Below, one piece after another: positions 32,559 to 46,354 of a stretch of DNA of 64,000 nt; the stretch's first letter is position 1; each line of letters starts with the position of its first letter. The notes below the pieces were generated by a model that worked only from the letters and a program-made list of their open reading frames with translations, did no database searches and was not told the origin of the DNA. The stretch is from the NCBI GenBank assembly GCA_963789955.1, contig CAWBMV010000017.1, positions 64,001 to 128,000 on the forward strand, given 5' to 3'. This stretch comes from an uncultured Candidatus Rokubacteria bacterium. Lineage in GTDB: Bacteria; Methylomirabilota; Methylomirabilia; Rokubacteriales; CSP1-6. The position numbers and the translations under genes are program-made.

Positions 32559-35272
32559 CTACTTCGATTGCGTCAGCGCGCGCAAGGTCTCTTCCAGTCG
32601 CTTCTGCTCGGCGCCGTAGGTCGCCCAGTCACCGCGGCGCAGCGCGTCCTGCGCGCGCGTCCAGATTTCCCAGGCGCGCTGGCCGAGCTGTCGCGTGCCG
32701 GCGGCGCTGTCGGAGGGCGTCTCGGTCGCATGCGCCGGCGCGGCGCCGGCCGCGGGTGTCGGACGTCCGCCGAAGATGCGGGAGAGGGATTGCTCGAGCG
32801 TCGCCTCCATCGCGATCTGGTTGCCGTAGGCCACGATCACCCGCCGGAGCTCGGGGAGCGCCCCTTGCTCCGCGGCGGCCAGATAGAGGGGCTGGACGTA
32901 GATCAGCGATTGATCGATCGGGATCGCCAGCAAGGAGCCGCGGATGACCGTCGAGCCGCGCTGGTTCCAGAGGGACAGCTGCTGGGAGATGATGGGATCC
33001 TGGTCGATCCGGGCGTCGATCTGGCGCGGCCCGTAGACGAGCTTCTGCTTGGGGAAGTTGAAGACGATCAACCGGCCGTAGTTCGGCGGATCCGAGCGCG
33101 CGGCCATCCACGCGATCATGTTGTCGCGGCGCGCCGGATTGAAGAGCGTGAGCAGGATGAACTCCTCCTTCTGCTCGCCCGGCGGCCGCATGATCGTGAA
33201 GTACGGCTCCATGTCGCGGTCGCGGCCTTCGATGGTTCGCCGCGGCACCGCCCAGAGGTCTTCCTTGTTGTAGAACACCTGCGGATCGAGCATGTGGTAC
33301 GTCGCGTACTTGCGCGCCTGGATGGCGAACAGATCCTCGGGGTACCGGATGTGCCGTCGGAGCGCCTCCGGCATCTTGTCGAGCGGCTTGAGGAGCCCGG
33401 GAAAGGCGCCGCCGTACGCGCGCACGATCGGGTCGTTGTCGTCGGCTCGATAGAACGTCACGGTGCCGTCGTAGGCGTCGATCGTGACCTTCACCGAGTT
33501 GCGGATGTAGTTGCCGACGCCGGGCACGGGCTCCGAGTACGGATAGCGGTCGGTCGTCGTGTAGCCGTCGAGCATCCAGATCATGCGCCCGTCGTCGTCG
33601 ATGACCATGTACGGGTCACGGTCGAACCGGAAGAACGGCGCGATCTGCCGCACGCGCTGGACGACGGTCCGGTACATCATGATGCGGCTCTGGTCCGTGA
33701 GGTCGTTGGACAGGAGGATCTTGATCTCACCGAACCGCATCGCGAACAGGACCTTGCGGAAGAACGACGAGAGCTCGATGCCGCCGACGCCGCTGTACGT
33801 CGTGTAGACGTTCTGGTCGCCCGCGGGATAGTCGAGCTCCTGCGACTTCGTCTTCACCAGGACGTACTCGTTCGAGACCTCGCCGTAGTAGATCTGCGGC
33901 CGGGTGATCTTCGGGAAGCCGGCGGCCGACTGGGGCGGGATGTCCTTGACCAGGAACTCCGGCAGCCCCTCGGCGGTGATCCGATTGACGGGCCCGACCA
34001 CCGCGCCGTAGCCGTGGGTGAACGTGAGGTGCTCGTTGATCCAGATCCTCGACTGCAGATGCTGGTACGAGAGCTCGCGCGGCGACAGCATGAGCTGGCG
34101 GTATTCGCCGTTCACGATGTAGCGGTCGTTGTCGACGTCGACGAACTTGTAGTAGGTCCGGATCTCCTGCAGCTGCGCGAACGTGCGCAGCAACGGCCGG
34201 TAGTCCCACAGGCGGATGTTCTTGATGGTGGCCGCATTGCGCTCGAGCGCGCGCGCGTCGAGCGCCTCGTCGGCCGGGAACTCGCGCTCGACGATCCGGT
34301 CCAGGCCGTACGCCTGGCGGGTCATCCGGATGTTGTGGCCGATGAAGGGCCGCTCGGCCGCCAGCTCGTTGGGCGTGACCCGGAAGCGCTGGAGCAGCGC
34401 CGGGTAGACGCCGAGCCCCACCACCCACACCAGCGCGAGCGCGATCAGCCCGCCGGCGACCAGCCGGAGCCCCGCGCGCGCGATCTGGGCGAGGCACGCG
34501 ACGGCGCACAGCACCGCGAAGACCGCGAGCGCGCCCAGCACCGGCAAGGCGGCGTAGATGTCCGTATAGGTCGCGCCGAACACGATGCCGCGCGGCGAGA
34601 AGACCAGCTCGAACCGGTCGAGCCAGAATCCGATCGCCTTGAGCGCGAGCGCGCACCGCGCCGAGGACGAGCAGATGCGAGCGGGCGCCGGCGGCCAGTC
34701 GCGGACCGCGGCTCGTCAGCACGAGGCTGCGCTGGAGCACGTAGACGGCCAGGGTCAGGACGATCGTCGCGGTCGACGAGCGTCAGCGCCCAGCCGTGCA
34801 CGAGCCGCCACAGCGGCAGCACGAACACGAAGAAGCTCAGGTCGTAGCCGAACAGCGGATCCACGGTGCCGAACGGCGTGGCGTTCAGATAGCCGAGCAC
34901 CGTTTCCCAGTGGACGGTCGCCCGCATGCCGGACGCCAGCGCGATGACCAGGAGCACGATCGGCAGGAATCGGCGGATCAGCGGCTCGATGATCACGCGG
35001 CTCGGCAGCCCGAGCTGGTCCTCCAGCTCCCAGATGACGTCGGGCGCCGCCGTGCGCGCCGCGAAGGTCAGGTTGGCGTAGAGGAAGACGAGGACGCTGA
35101 TCGCCAGGGCGGCGAAGAGCGATCCGCGCAGGGACAGCGTCTTGACGAAGACTTCCGCGTAGCCGACCTCGAGGAACCAGAGCCAGTCGGTGTACAGCGG
35201 GACGATCTGGGCCACGACGCCCAGGATCAGGAGCAGCAGAAGGATGAGCAGGATCGGCTGCGGCCGGCTCAT
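32559..35272 (-). CDS. UPF0182 family membrane protein (frameshifts near 34775 and 34653)
   Basis: TDWLWF, DPLFG.DLSFF, NIRLWD, YYKF.DVD.DRY, THGYG, NYIRNSVK. Confidence 0.92.
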
Positions 35273-35291
35273 AGACCTCCGCGCGCCGGGA

Positions 35292-36563
<1,272 letters not shown>

Positions 36564-36641
36564 TTACTCGTTAGTTGGCCGTCGCCGTCCGGCGTTATCG
36601 CCGACGGGGCGGTGCCGGCCAGGGCTTATCGGTGTGCTGAG

Positions 36642-37793
36642 CTACACTCCCGCGTCGTCGCGCAGATCCTTGACCCGGTTCGTCCGCTCCCACGCGAACT
36701 CGGGCTCGGAGCGCCCGAAGTGGCCGTAGGCCGCGGTCTTCTTGTAGATCGGCCGGCGCAGGTCGAGGTACTTGATGATTCCGGCCGGCGTGAAATCGAA
36801 GTGGCGCCGGATCATCGCCTCGAGCACCTTGTTCGGGACTTTTCCCGTTCCGAAGGTGTCGACCATGATCGAGACCGGCTCGGCGACGCCGATCGCGTAG
36901 GCGACCTGCACCTGGGCCCGCTGGGCCAGGCCCGCGGCGACGACGTTCTTGGCCACGTGACGCGCCATGTAGCACGCGGAGCGGTCGACCTTCGTCGGAT
37001 CCTTGCCCGAGAAGGCGCCGCCGCCGTGCGGGCACGAGCCGCCGTAGGTGTCGACGATGATCTTGCGTCCGGTGAGGCCGGTGTCGCCCATCGGGCCGCC
37101 GGTCACGAACCGTCCGGTCGGGTTCACGTGGATCACGCACTTCTGGAGGTCGATCAGCTCGGCCGGGATCACCGGCTTGATCACCTGCTCGATGATGTCC
37201 TCACGGATCCGCTGGGCGCCGGCCTCGGGACTGTGCTGGGTGGACACGACGACCGTCTCCACCGAGCGCGGCACGCCGTCGACGTAGCGGATGCTGACCT
37301 GAGACTTTCCGTCCGGCCGCAGGTAGTCGAGCGCCCCCGACTTGCGCCGCTCCGAGAGCCGCATCACGAGCTTGTGCGCGAGCATGATCGGCATCGGCAT
37401 GAGCTCTTGGGTCTCGGTGCAGGCATAGCCGAACATGAGCCCCTGGTCACCCGCGCCCAGCTTGTCGACGCCCTGCGCGATGTCGGACGATTGCTCGTCG
37501 ATCGCCGCGATGACGCCGCAGGTCTCGTAGTCGAAGCCGAACTTCGCCCGCGTGTAGCCGACTTGCTTGATCGTGTCGCGCGCGATGCGCGGAATGTCGA
37601 CGTAGCACGACGTGGTGATCTCGCCCGCCACCACGACGAGCCCCGTGGTCAGCAGGGTCTCGCAGGCGACGCGGCCGGTGGGATCCTGGCTGATGATCGC
37701 GTCCAGCACCGCATCGGAGACCTGGTCGGCGATCTTGTCGGGGTGACCCTCGGTCACCGACTCCGACGTGAACAAATACTCGTCGTGCGCCAT
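36642..37793 (-). CDS. metK: S-adenosylmethionine synthetase
   Basis: [34 protein letters not shown]; extended -10 TG-T-TACAGT at 37837-37845. Confidence 0.98.
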   Translation of the reverse strand: MAHDEYLFTSESVTEGHPDKIADQVSDAVLDAIISQDPTGRVACETLLTTGLVVVAGEITTSCYVDIPRIARDTIKQVGYTRAKFGFDYETCGVIAAIDEQSSDIAQGVDKLGAGDQGLMFGYACTETQELMPMPIMLAHKLVMRLSERRKSGALDYLRPDGKSQVSIRYVDGVPRSVETVVVSTQHSPEAGAQRIREDIIEQVIKPVIPAELIDLQKCVIHVNPTGRFVTGGPMGDTGLTGRKIIVDTYGGSCPHGGGAFSGKDPTKVDRSACYMARHVAKNVVAAGLAQRAQVQVAYAIGVAEPVSIMVDTFGTGKVPNKVLEAMIRRHFDFTPAGIIKYLDLRRPIYKKTAAYGHFGRSEPEFAWERTNRVKDLRDDAGV

Positions 37794-37861
37794 CGACATC
37801 CTCCCGTGCATCACGTCACGCGATGCAAACGCCGCAACTGTAACACGAATTCCGAGCGCGG

Positions 37862-38908
37862 CTAAGTGGCTCGGAGACGGCGCTTCATCTCGTCGAGCAC
37901 GGGGATCGGCCAGGGGTCGGTGCCGGCGCCGACGGCCAGGTAGTAGCTCGTCCACGCGCCGAGGTAGGCCAGTCCCAGGAGGCGCGCCGCCCGCCCCGCG
38001 CCTCGAGTCGAGCACTCGCTGACGTCGCCGGCGGCGGCCGCGATCAGGTCGCGCATGACCGTGAAGCGTCGCGCGATCTCCGGCAGCTCGTCACGGTCTC
38101 GCAGGAAGACCGCGTGCATCGTCGCCGCGACCGGCGCCCGCCACGCCTCGATCTCGTTGTGGTTCATCTCCGGGATCGCGCCGGCGATCGCGAAGCGCTT
38201 GGCGTTCTCCTCGACCTCGGTCTTCCAGCGGTACGCGACCCCGCCGGTCGACGGACCTCCGTAGAACGCGGGGAAGCGCTGGCCGATGGCGAGCGCCAGG
38301 CGCTTGGCCTCGTTCTGCGCGGCGGGGCGAGACGGCGCGAGCTCGGCGGCGAGCGTGGTCACGACGTCGAGCGCTTCCGCGATCTCCGTCTCGGTGGCGA
38401 TGGCGAGGTCCGCGTCGGCCAGGATCCTGAGCGCCGGAAAGAACAGGTAGCCGAGCGCCATGCGCGGCATCAAGCCGTCCGGCAAGGTGACTCGCGACAG
38501 CCCGCGCGCGCTGGCGAGCGCTCCCAGGCGGCCGCCGGCGGTGAGCGTGACCATGGGCACCGAGCGTGCGAGCGCCTCCTCGGCCGCCGAGAGGACCTCC
38601 GCGGTATCGCCGGAGTACGACGAGGCGACGACGAGCGCGTGCTTGCCGGCCGTCGTCGGCAGCCCGTATCCGCGGTGGACGATGATCGGCACGTCGAGAC
38701 GCTCCGCCGCGCACCCCGCGATCAGCTCGGCGCCGGCCGCCGATCCGCCCATCCCGACGAGGACCACGAGCTTCGGGCGCGGGAGCGACATCGGAGGCGT
38801 CGCGCGGAGCGCGAGCGCGGCGCGACACTGGGCCGGGAATCCGGCCAGGACCTCGCCCGCGCGATGCGGATCGATCCGCTCGAATCCGGACGGATCGTCG
38901 AGCATCAT
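37862..38908 (-). CDS. Bifunctional phosphoglucose/phosphomannose isomerase (SIS domain)
   Basis: [39 protein letters not shown] overlaps the GH57 stop. Confidence 0.9.
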   Translation of the reverse strand: MMLDDPSGFERIDPHRAGEVLAGFPAQCRAALALRATPPMSLPRPKLVVLVGMGGSAAGAELIAGCAAERLDVPIIVHRGYGLPTTAGKHALVVASSYSGDTAEVLSAAEEALARSVPMVTLTAGGRLGALASARGLSRVTLPDGLMPRMALGYLFFPALRILADADLAIATETEIAEALDVVTTLAAELAPSRPAAQNEAKRLALAIGQRFPAFYGGPSTGGVAYRWKTEVEENAKRFAIAGAIPEMNHNEIEAWRAPVAATMHAVFLRDRDELPEIARRFTVMRDLIAAAAGDVSECSTRGAGRAARLLGLAYLGAWTSYYLAVGAGTDPWPIPVLDEMKRRLRAT

Positions 38909-40999
38909 CGCCGGGCTACCGTCAGCGCGGTCTCGAGTATTCGCTCCTCGTCGGCGCCGACGTCGAGCGACCACACGAGCAGGAGCGCGGTGCCCTGATA
39001 GATGCGCTCGAACCCGCCCTCCGAGAGCGACACCGTCTCGACCGGACCCCAGGCGAGCTCCGCCGCGGGGTTCCACCGAAGCCGGGCTTCCACCGCCGCC
39101 CACTCGTCCACCAAGGTCACCTCCGTGCGATCCATCGCGCGTCCCGAGCTCCCGAGCATGGGGCGCGCGGCGAGGTCGAAATATCGGTCGGGCGCGTTCC
39201 CGGCCGTGAGAGCCAGATTCCACTGGACCGCCCAGCGTCCGGTGAGCCGCTGTCCGGCGGCCGGCCGCACCCGATAGCGCACCTCGAGCGTGGCGCTCGC
39301 GAATCGTCACGCGCTTCTCGACCGAGAGCGGCAGCTCCGGTGTCGCCGCGCGCGAGAACAGGATCGACGCGCCGCCGGCGCTGTCCTCGACGACGCACTC
39401 GAGACGCTCGGCGCCGAGCACGCCGCGCGCCGCGCGCCATGGCGCGACCGGATCGAGCGCGTCGGGCCCCTCGGCGAAGAACCCTTCGATCAACGAGCCG
39501 CGCCGTAGCGCGTCGTACGCGAGCAAGGCGTCGAGGCCGGCTTCCTTCGGCGCCGCGTCGCCGTGGATCGTCCGCGCCGCGTCCGCGGCGCCGGCACCGG
39601 CGCGCGCCCGCACCTTGTCGTGATACGCCTCGGACCGGCGCGCCAGCACGTCGGCGACATCGAGGCCCGCCGGGAAATAGCCGAGCTCCGTGACCATGCC
39701 GCCGGCCTCGGGCTCGAGCGTGACGGCCAGCTCCCGCGTGCGCACGTAGATCTCGACCCGCCCGTCGCCGTCGCCGTCTTCGCGCGTCCACGCCGTCTCG
39801 GGCACGGCGCCGGCCTCGACCAGCGCCCGCTCGGCCTCGAGGAGCGACGTCTTCACGGCACGGCGTAGATGCGGGAGATAGCAGCCCCCGAAGACGCCGT
39901 GCCAGTACGCGTCGTTGGCCTGTCCGCGCCAGAGCGCGACCTGGCCGCGGCCGAGTCGCGCATCGTCCGGGCGCCGGGCGAGCGCGCCGTGGATGGCGCG
40001 CGACAGGCGCAGCATCTTCCAGTAGGTGTCGCCGACCTCGGGATACTTCACGAGGAAGCTCCGCCAGAAGCCGCCGCGCAGCAGGCCGGCCAGCCGCTCG
40101 CCGTCGGCCAGCCGGCCGACCTCGGCCTTGGCCGCCTCGAGCGCGCGCGCGGCATCGGTGGGCAGCGCCCATTCACCCATCTCGCCGTACGAGGCCGTCG
40201 GCAGATAGACACGGCCGGTGGCCGGAACGCGCTCGACGACGTCGGCCAGGGTCGTCGCCTCGAGCCAGGGCGTCGACAGCAGCCGGTCGAAGAAGCGGTC
40301 GAGCCATCCGTGCTCGTACACGTGCGCGTAGGTGCCCGGCCAGATCCCGAACTTCTCGCCGTCGTCGGCCATCGTGATCGCGGTCGCGCGTCCCCGCCAG
40401 GCGCTCAAGTACTCGAACGTCTCGTCGACGTCGGCGAAGGGAATCAGGTAGCGCAGCCGCTGGTTGATCGGGAACACGCGAAGGCTCTGGCCCTGCTCGT
40501 CCGTCATGTAGTAGCCGCCGAGCGTGTCGACGTCGAGTCCGGCCAGCGCGAAGTGCCGATCATCGACCAGCACGTACTCGACACCGGCCTCACCGAGCAC
40601 GCGCGGCAGGTGCGGCTCCCAGACGCGCTCGGCGAGCCACATGCCGCGCGGGCGCACGCCGAAGTGCGACTTGAGGAACGTCGTCAGCCGCTCGATCTGG
40701 CCGATCTTGTCGTGATCGGGCAGCACGGCCAGGATCGGCTCGTAGAAGCCGCCGGTCAGGAGCTCGACCTGCCCGCGGGCGGCGACGGTGCCGAGGAGAT
40801 CGAAGGTGCGGGGCGAGCGCTCGCGCAGCCACTCGAGCAGGCTGCCGGTGAAGTGGACGCTCAGCCGGACTTCAGGCCGTTGGTCGAGCCGTTCGAGGAA
40901 GGGGCGATACGAACGCTCGGTCGCCTCGACCATCACGTGGTCGAAGTTGCCGACCGGCTGATGGTTGTGGATGCCGAAGCAGAACGCCAGGCGTTCCAT
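38905..40999 (-). CDS. GH57 alpha-amylase/4-alpha-glucanotransferase (frameshift near 39297)
   Basis: HNHQPVGN, WLAERVW, DDGEKFG, SY.EM.EW, NDAYWHGVFGG, SEGGFERIYQG. Confidence 0.92.
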
Positions 41000-41013
41000 C
41001 GGCCACGGGGCCC

Positions 41014-41883
41014 TCACTCGCGCTCGAGGTCGCGATGAACGACCGTCGGCGCGTACCCGAGGCCGGACAGAAACCGGCCGAGCTCCTCCGCGAGCGTGAC
41101 CGAGCGGTGACGACCGCCGGTGCAGCCGATCGCGACGGTGAGATAGGCCTTCCCTTCCCGCTCGTAGCAGGGCAGGACGAACTTCAGGAAGTCCTCGAGA
41201 CGGCGGAGCATCTCCTTGCTTTCCGGATGATCCAGCACGAAGGTCCGCACGTGCTCGTGGCGGCCGTCGAGCGGGCGCAGCGATTCGACGAAGTGCGGGT
41301 TCGGCAGGAACCGGACGTCGAACACCAGATCGGCGTCGAACGGCACACCGTGCTTGAATCCGAACGAGACCAGCGAGGTTGCCAGGCCGGGCCGGGACTT
41401 CGGCGCGACGTAGAGCTCGACGAGCCGATCCTTGAGCTGATGGACCGTCAGCGCCGAGGTGTCGAGGATCCGGTCGGCGACCTCACGCAGGTCCGAGAGC
41501 GCCTTGCGCTCGGCGCGGATCCCGTCGAGCGCGTTGCCCTCGCCGGCCAGCGGATGCCGGCGCCGCGTCTCGTGATACCGGCGCACCAGCGATTCGTCGC
41601 TCGCTTCCAGGAAGAGCACCTCGACCGTGTGGCTGCGCGCCCGCAGCTCGCGAATCGTGTCGAACAGGCGCGAGAGATAGGCGCCCTCGCGCACGTCGAC
41701 CCCCAGCGCGACGCGATGGATCGGCTGCTCGGAGCGCATGATCAAGTCGGCGAAGGTCGGGATCAGGGTCGTGGGCAGGTTGTCGACGCAGAAGAATCCC
41801 ATGTCCTCGAAGCACTTGATCGCGTAGCTCTTGCCCGCGCCGCTGAGCCCGGTGATGACGACGACGGAGAGAGGGGCCGGCAT
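41014..41883 (-). CDS. rapZ: RNase adapter / P-loop protein
   Basis: GLSGAGKS, VDNLP, ETRRRHPL, SFGFKHG, GCTGGRHRSV. Confidence 0.96.
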   Translation of the reverse strand: MPAPLSVVVITGLSGAGKSYAIKCFEDMGFFCVDNLPTTLIPTFADLIMRSEQPIHRVALGVDVREGAYLSRLFDTIRELRARSHTVEVLFLEASDESLVRRYHETRRRHPLAGEGNALDGIRAERKALSDLREVADRILDTSALTVHQLKDRLVELYVAPKSRPGLATSLVSFGFKHGVPFDADLVFDVRFLPNPHFVESLRPLDGRHEHVRTFVLDHPESKEMLRRLEDFLKFVLPCYEREGKAYLTVAIGCTGGRHRSVTLAEELGRFLSGLGYAPTVVHRDLERE

Positions 41884-41895
41884 GAGGCCCGCGCC

Positions 41896-43362
41896 TCACC
41901 GCTTCCGCGGCGCCAGGCGGCGCTGGTGGGAGGGCAGGATCCCGAGCTCCTCGCGGTACTTGGCGACGGTGCGGCGCGCGATCGTGAGCCCGCGCTTCTG
42001 CAGCGCCTGCGCGACCTCCTGGTCGGATTGCGGCTTCGCCGGGTCCTCGACCGCCAGGAGATCCTGGATCATCTTCTTGACCGAGACCGACGACACCATC
42101 TCGCCGTCGCCGGACGCGATGCCGCTGTGGAAGAAGAACTTCAGCTCGAACAAGCCCTGCGGAGTCTCGACGTACTTGTTCGTCGTCACGCGGCTGATCG
42201 TCGACTCGTGCATCCCGATGTCCTCGCCGACGTCCCGCAGAGACAGGGGACGCAGGTGCGGCAAGCCGCGGTCGAGGAAATCGCGCTGGAACTTCACGAT
42301 CGACTGCGTGACCTTCCGCAGGGTGCGCTGCCGCTGGTCGACGCTCTTGATCAGCCACAGCGCGGACCGGAGCTTCTGCTCGACGTACTGGCGCGCCTCG
42401 TCGACGCCGGAGTTCTTCAGCAGCGAGCGATAGAGCGAATTGACGCGCAGGCGCGGGACGCCGTCCTCGTTCAGGACGATCGTGTATTCGTTGCCGAGCT
42501 TGTAGACGTAGACGTCGGGGACGATGTAGCGCGAGTCGTTGCCGCCGAAGCGGCGGCCCGGCTTCGGCTCGAGCCCCATGATCTCCTCGACCGACTCCAT
42601 GATCCGGTCGAGCGAGAGCTTCATGGCGCGCGCGATGTCCGGGTAGCGCCGGCGGCTCAAGTCGTCGAAGTACACCTCGATGATCTCGACCGAGACCGGG
42701 TCCGGGAGCGGATCGCGGCGGAGCTGGAGCAGGAGGCACTCCTGGATGTTCCGCGCCGCCACGCCCGGAGGATCGAAGCCTTGCACGAGCGTGAGGACCT
42801 TGCCGACTTCCTCGGCGGTGACGGAACACCGCTGGGCGAGCTCTTCGAGCTCGGCGCGCAGGTAGCCGTCCTCGTCGAGGTTGCCGATGATCTCGTTCCC
42901 GATCCGCCTGACGGCGGAGTCTTCGGTGGCGAAGCGCAGCTGCTCGTCGAGATGGTCGGTCAGCGAGACCTGGTTCCGGACGACGTTCTCGAACGGCAGG
43001 TCCTCGCGATCTTCCTGCGAGACGAGCGAGCGCTCCTCGTGGTCGTCGTCGGCCGTGATCACCGCGGTGAAATCGAACGGCAGCTCGTCCGTCTGGCGCT
43101 CGCTGGTCGGCGGGGCGTCGGTCGTCACCTGCTCGACCGTCGGCGCCGGCGGCGTGTCGGCGGTCACCGGCGCGTCGGCGGGCGGCGTCTCCGGCGTGTC
43201 GGGCGTGACCTCTTCGAGCAGCGGATTCTCGAGGAGCTCCTTCTGGACGACGTCCTGGAGCTCGAGCGTGGACAGCTGCAGCAGCTGGATCGCCTGCTGC
43301 AGCAGCGGAGTCATGACGACCCGCTGGCTCTGCCGTAACGAGAGGCGCGCCTCCATCGCCAT
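41896..43362 (-). CDS. rpoN: RNA polymerase sigma-54 factor
   Basis: LQQAIQLLQL, HESTISR, RpoN box ARRTVAKYRE. Confidence 0.98.
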   Translation of the reverse strand: MAMEARLSLRQSQRVVMTPLLQQAIQLLQLSTLELQDVVQKELLENPLLEEVTPDTPETPPADAPVTADTPPAPTVEQVTTDAPPTSERQTDELPFDFTAVITADDDHEERSLVSQEDREDLPFENVVRNQVSLTDHLDEQLRFATEDSAVRRIGNEIIGNLDEDGYLRAELEELAQRCSVTAEEVGKVLTLVQGFDPPGVAARNIQECLLLQLRRDPLPDPVSVEIIEVYFDDLSRRRYPDIARAMKLSLDRIMESVEEIMGLEPKPGRRFGGNDSRYIVPDVYVYKLGNEYTIVLNEDGVPRLRVNSLYRSLLKNSGVDEARQYVEQKLRSALWLIKSVDQRQRTLRKVTQSIVKFQRDFLDRGLPHLRPLSLRDVGEDIGMHESTISRVTTNKYVETPQGLFELKFFFHSGIASGDGEMVSSVSVKKMIQDLLAVEDPAKPQSDQEVAQALQKRGLTIARRTVAKYREELGILPSHQRRLAPRKR

Positions 43363-43380
43363 GGGGGTCGTTCGCCTCGC

Positions 43381-44103
43381 CTAGAGCGCGAACCGCTCGC
43401 CCAGGTAGATCTCCCGGGCGACGGGGTTGTGGGCAATCTCGGTGGCGGTGCCGGCGACCAGAATCTTGCCGCCGTAGAGGATGTAGGCGCGGTCCGTGAT
43501 GGCCAAGGTCTCGCGCACGTTGTGGTCGGTGATGAGGATGCCGATCCCGCGCTCGCGGAGCCGGCCGACGATCTCCTGGATGTCGCCGATCGCGATCGGA
43601 TCGATGCCGGTGAACGGCTCGTCGAGCAGCAGATACTGAGGCGAGGTCACGAGGGCGCGGGTGATCTCGAGCCGCCGCCGCTCGCCGCCCGAGAGCGTGT
43701 ACGCCGGGTGGCGGGCCAGCGGAGTCAGATCGAGCTCCGCCAGCAGATCGTGCGCACGCTCGCGGCGCTCGTCGCGCGTGAGATCGAGCGTCTCGAGGAT
43801 CGCGAGGAGGTTCTCTTCGACCGTGAGCTTTCGGAACACCGACGACTCCTGCGGAAGATAGCCGACGCCCATCCGGCATCGCTGGTACATCGGGAGCTTC
43901 GTGATCTCCTGGCCCTCGAGGAAGATGCGGCCGCCGTCGGCCTGCAGGAGGCCGACCATCATGTAGAACGAGGTGGTCTTCCCCGCGCCGTTCGGACCGA
44001 GCAGGCCGACGATCTCACCGCGCTGGATGTCGAGCGAGACGGAGTCGACGACCTTGCGGCTCTTGAACCATTTCTCGAGACCCTGCGCGACCAGACCTTC
44101 CAT
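43381..44103 (-). CDS. lptB: LPS export ABC ATPase
   Basis: GPNGAGKTT, YLPQE.S.FRKL, LSGGERRR, ITDHNVRE, YLGE.F. Confidence 0.96.
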   Translation of the reverse strand: MEGLVAQGLEKWFKSRKVVDSVSLDIQRGEIVGLLGPNGAGKTTSFYMMVGLLQADGGRIFLEGQEITKLPMYQRCRMGVGYLPQESSVFRKLTVEENLLAILETLDLTRDERRERAHDLLAELDLTPLARHPAYTLSGGERRRLEITRALVTSPQYLLLDEPFTGIDPIAIGDIQEIVGRLRERGIGILITDHNVRETLAITDRAYILYGGKILVAGTATEIAHNPVAREIYLGERFAL

Positions 44104-44104
44104 G

Positions 44105-44725
44105 TCAGTTCGTGCACACTTCCGCCGCGCGTCGCGGCGCCGGCTGGCCGTCCTGCTTGCCGTCCTTCTGCGAGTAGAAGATGCCCTTGACCCGCTCCTG
44201 CTTGCCGCCTTCCACGATCGTGCGGTCCTGGGCGACGTAGATCGTGATCGTGTCGCCCGAGACGACGTTGTCGTCCTGCCAGACCCGCGCGTTGCCGATG
44301 AGCACGACGCGCTGGTCGAGGTCGAAGTATTCGGCGCGCTGGGCCGTGCCGGTGCGGCAGTCCTTGGTGATGATCCGCACGGATCCGGTCGAGACCGTCC
44401 GCAGAACCCGGTCGCCCTTCTCGTCCATGTACACCTCGACCCGGTCGGCGTACTGCACGGAGTTGTCCCGGCGGGCGACGACGTTGCCGCTGAAGATGAC
44501 CAGGCTCGCCTTGCCGAACCGCTCCATCTTGTCCGCGTCCACGGTGAGCGGCAGCGCGTTGTCGTCCTTGCCGATCTTCGCCTTGGGCGCGGCACCGTTG
44601 GCCGCCGGCTGGTCGGTGGGAGCCGCCGAGGTTTTCGGCGCCGGGGTCTTCGGCGCGGACTGACCGCCCGACACCGCGGGCGCCAGCACCACGAGAAGGG
44701 CCGCCAGGATCGTCTTCGACCTCAC
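44105..44725 (-). CDS. lptA: LPS transport periplasmic protein
   Basis: Signal peptide, F.GNV, GNARVWQ..N.VSGD.I, RV; synteny. Confidence 0.85.
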   Translation of the reverse strand: MRSKTILAALLVVLAPAVSGGQSAPKTPAPKTSAAPTDQPAANGAAPKAKIGKDDNALPLTVDADKMERFGKASLVIFSGNVVARRDNSVQYADRVEVYMDEKGDRVLRTVSTGSVRIITKDCRTGTAQRAEYFDLDQRVVLIGNARVWQDDNVVSGDTITIYVAQDRTIVEGGKQERVKGIFYSQKDGKQDGQPAPRRAAEVCTN

Positions 44726-45276
44726 GGACGCCCGCCCGTGAAGACCGCGTGGACGCGTCCGGCTAAGGTCGTATACTCCTCGGCCATTCGGACCTCGAGC
44801 GCCGAGCCGTCGGCCACCGTGCCGCCCCGCGAGATCCGAACCGGCGCGTCGGTCCAGAGCCGCTTCTCCGCGCCCTGCCAGCGGAGCACGCTCGTCTCGA
44901 GGCGCACGCCGTCGCTCGACGTGAGCACGACGTTTTTCCGGATTTCGAGATTCTTGGTGGCCTGGAACAGGTCGCCTTCCTCGCCCACGATCGTCCACGA
45001 GCGCTCGCGATCGAGCACGTCCACCGCGATCGCGCGGAGCGCCGTGCGTCCCTCGGCGTCGAACATCAGGGCCTGCTCGGCCTTGAGCCGCCAGCGCACT
45101 CCTCCGGTCACCTCTTCGATCTGGGCTTCCTTGATCCGGAGGTCGGCGCTGGACGCGACGGTGCCGACGGGCTCGCTGGGCGGGACCCGGCTCTTCGCGA
45201 TCAGCGTTCCCGCGACCGCGAATACGAAGACGACGACCATTCCAAGAATCGCCGCCGCCACGAATCGTGTTCTCAT
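44722..45276 (-). CDS. lptC: LPS export protein
   Basis: N-terminal TM, WRL.A, L.TS.LRW, TDAPV.I; synteny. Confidence 0.82.
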   Translation of the reverse strand: MRTRFVAAAILGMVVVFVFAVAGTLIAKSRVPPSEPVGTVASSADLRIKEAQIEEVTGGVRWRLKAEQALMFDAEGRTALRAIAVDVLDRERSWTIVGEEGDLFQATKNLEIRKNVVLTSSDGVRLETSVLRWQGAEKRLWTDAPVRISRGGTVADGSALEVRMAEEYTTLAGRVHAVFTGGRP

Positions 45277-45373
45277 CGCTCTGTCGATTCTAAAGGTAAG
45301 TCGGACCGGAATGCAATTTCGATACCACGCTATCACATTGTGTGGACGGAAAAAAGCGCAAACACCCTGAAAT

Positions 45374-46354
45374 CTATACGATCTTGGCTCTGAGGATATC
45401 GTGCATGTGGATGAGCCCGACAGGTCGCCGGGCCTCGTCCACGATGACCAAGCTGGTTATTTGCCACGTCTCCATCACCTCGAGTGCCTTGGCCGCGAGG
45501 TCCTCGCTCCGGATGGTTTTTGGCTCGCGGCTTGCCACCTGGCCCGCCGAGAGATCGTCGATCGACTTACCGGTCAGGTGGAGCCTGCGGAGGTCGCCGT
45601 CGGTGACGACCCCGACGAGCCGGCCGGCCCCATCCGTGACGGTGGTCATGCCTTTGCGCTTGCGCGTCATCTCGACGATGACGTCCCGGAGCGGGGTACT
45701 TTCCGGCACGATCGGCAGGGCGTCTCCCGTGAGCATGAGATCCGCCACCCGGAACAGGGCGCGCCAGCCGAGCGAGCCGCGCGGGTGCAGCGCCGCGTAG
45801 TCTTCCGGACGAAATCCGCGGAGCTCGAGGAGCACCATGGCCAGCGCGTCGCCGACGGCGAGCGCGGCGGTGGTGCTCGACGTGGGCGTCAGGTTCATCG
45901 GGCACGCCTCTTCCGGCACGCTGACGTCGAGCACGACCTCGCACTGACGGGCCAGGGACGAGGTGGGATTGCCGGTCAGGAGCAGGATGGGCACTCCCAG
46001 TCGCTTGAGCGGCGGAAGGATCGCCAGCGCCTCGTCCGTCTCCCCCGAGTTCGACAACGCCAGCACGACGTCGCCCCGCGCGACCATCCCGAGATCGCCG
46101 TGGACTCCTTCGGCCGGATGGAGGAAATGAGCCGGAGTGCCCGTCGACGCGAGTGTCGCGGCGATCTTGCGGCCGATCAGCCCCGACTTGCCCATGCCGG
46201 TGACGATCACGCGCCCGGCGCAGCCGCGCAGGAGCTCGACCGCGCGCTCGAAGCGCTCGTCGAGCTTGGGAATGAGCCCGAGGATCGCCTCGGCCTCGAT
46301 GCGCAGCACGCGCTCGGCCAGGCGACGCAGGTCCGGCTTCTTGTCGTCGCTCAC
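45374..46354 (-). CDS. kdsD: Arabinose-5-phosphate isomerase (KpsF/GutQ)
   Basis: [30 protein letters not shown] pair. Confidence 0.95.
   Translation of the reverse strand: MSDDKKPDLRRLAERVLRIEAEAILGLIPKLDERFERAVELLRGCAGRVIVTGMGKSGLIGRKIAATLASTGTPAHFLHPAEGVHGDLGMVARGDVVLALSNSGETDEALAILPPLKRLGVPILLLTGNPTSSLARQCEVVLDVSVPEEACPMNLTPTSSTTAALAVGDALAMVLLELRGFRPEDYAALHPRGSLGWRALFRVADLMLTGDALPIVPESTPLRDVIVEMTRKRKGMTTVTDGAGRLVGVVTDGDLRRLHLTGKSIDDLSAGQVASREPKTIRSEDLAAKALEVMETWQITSLVIVDEARRPVGLIHMHDILRAKIV

Noticed and set aside
37862..41017. 1051-aa GH57-PGI/PMI fusion in the ORF track
   Set aside because: An extra base near 39297 shifts the frame. The true GH57 C-terminus is in ORF 38905..39282, and PGI/PMI has its own overlapping ATG at 38908.
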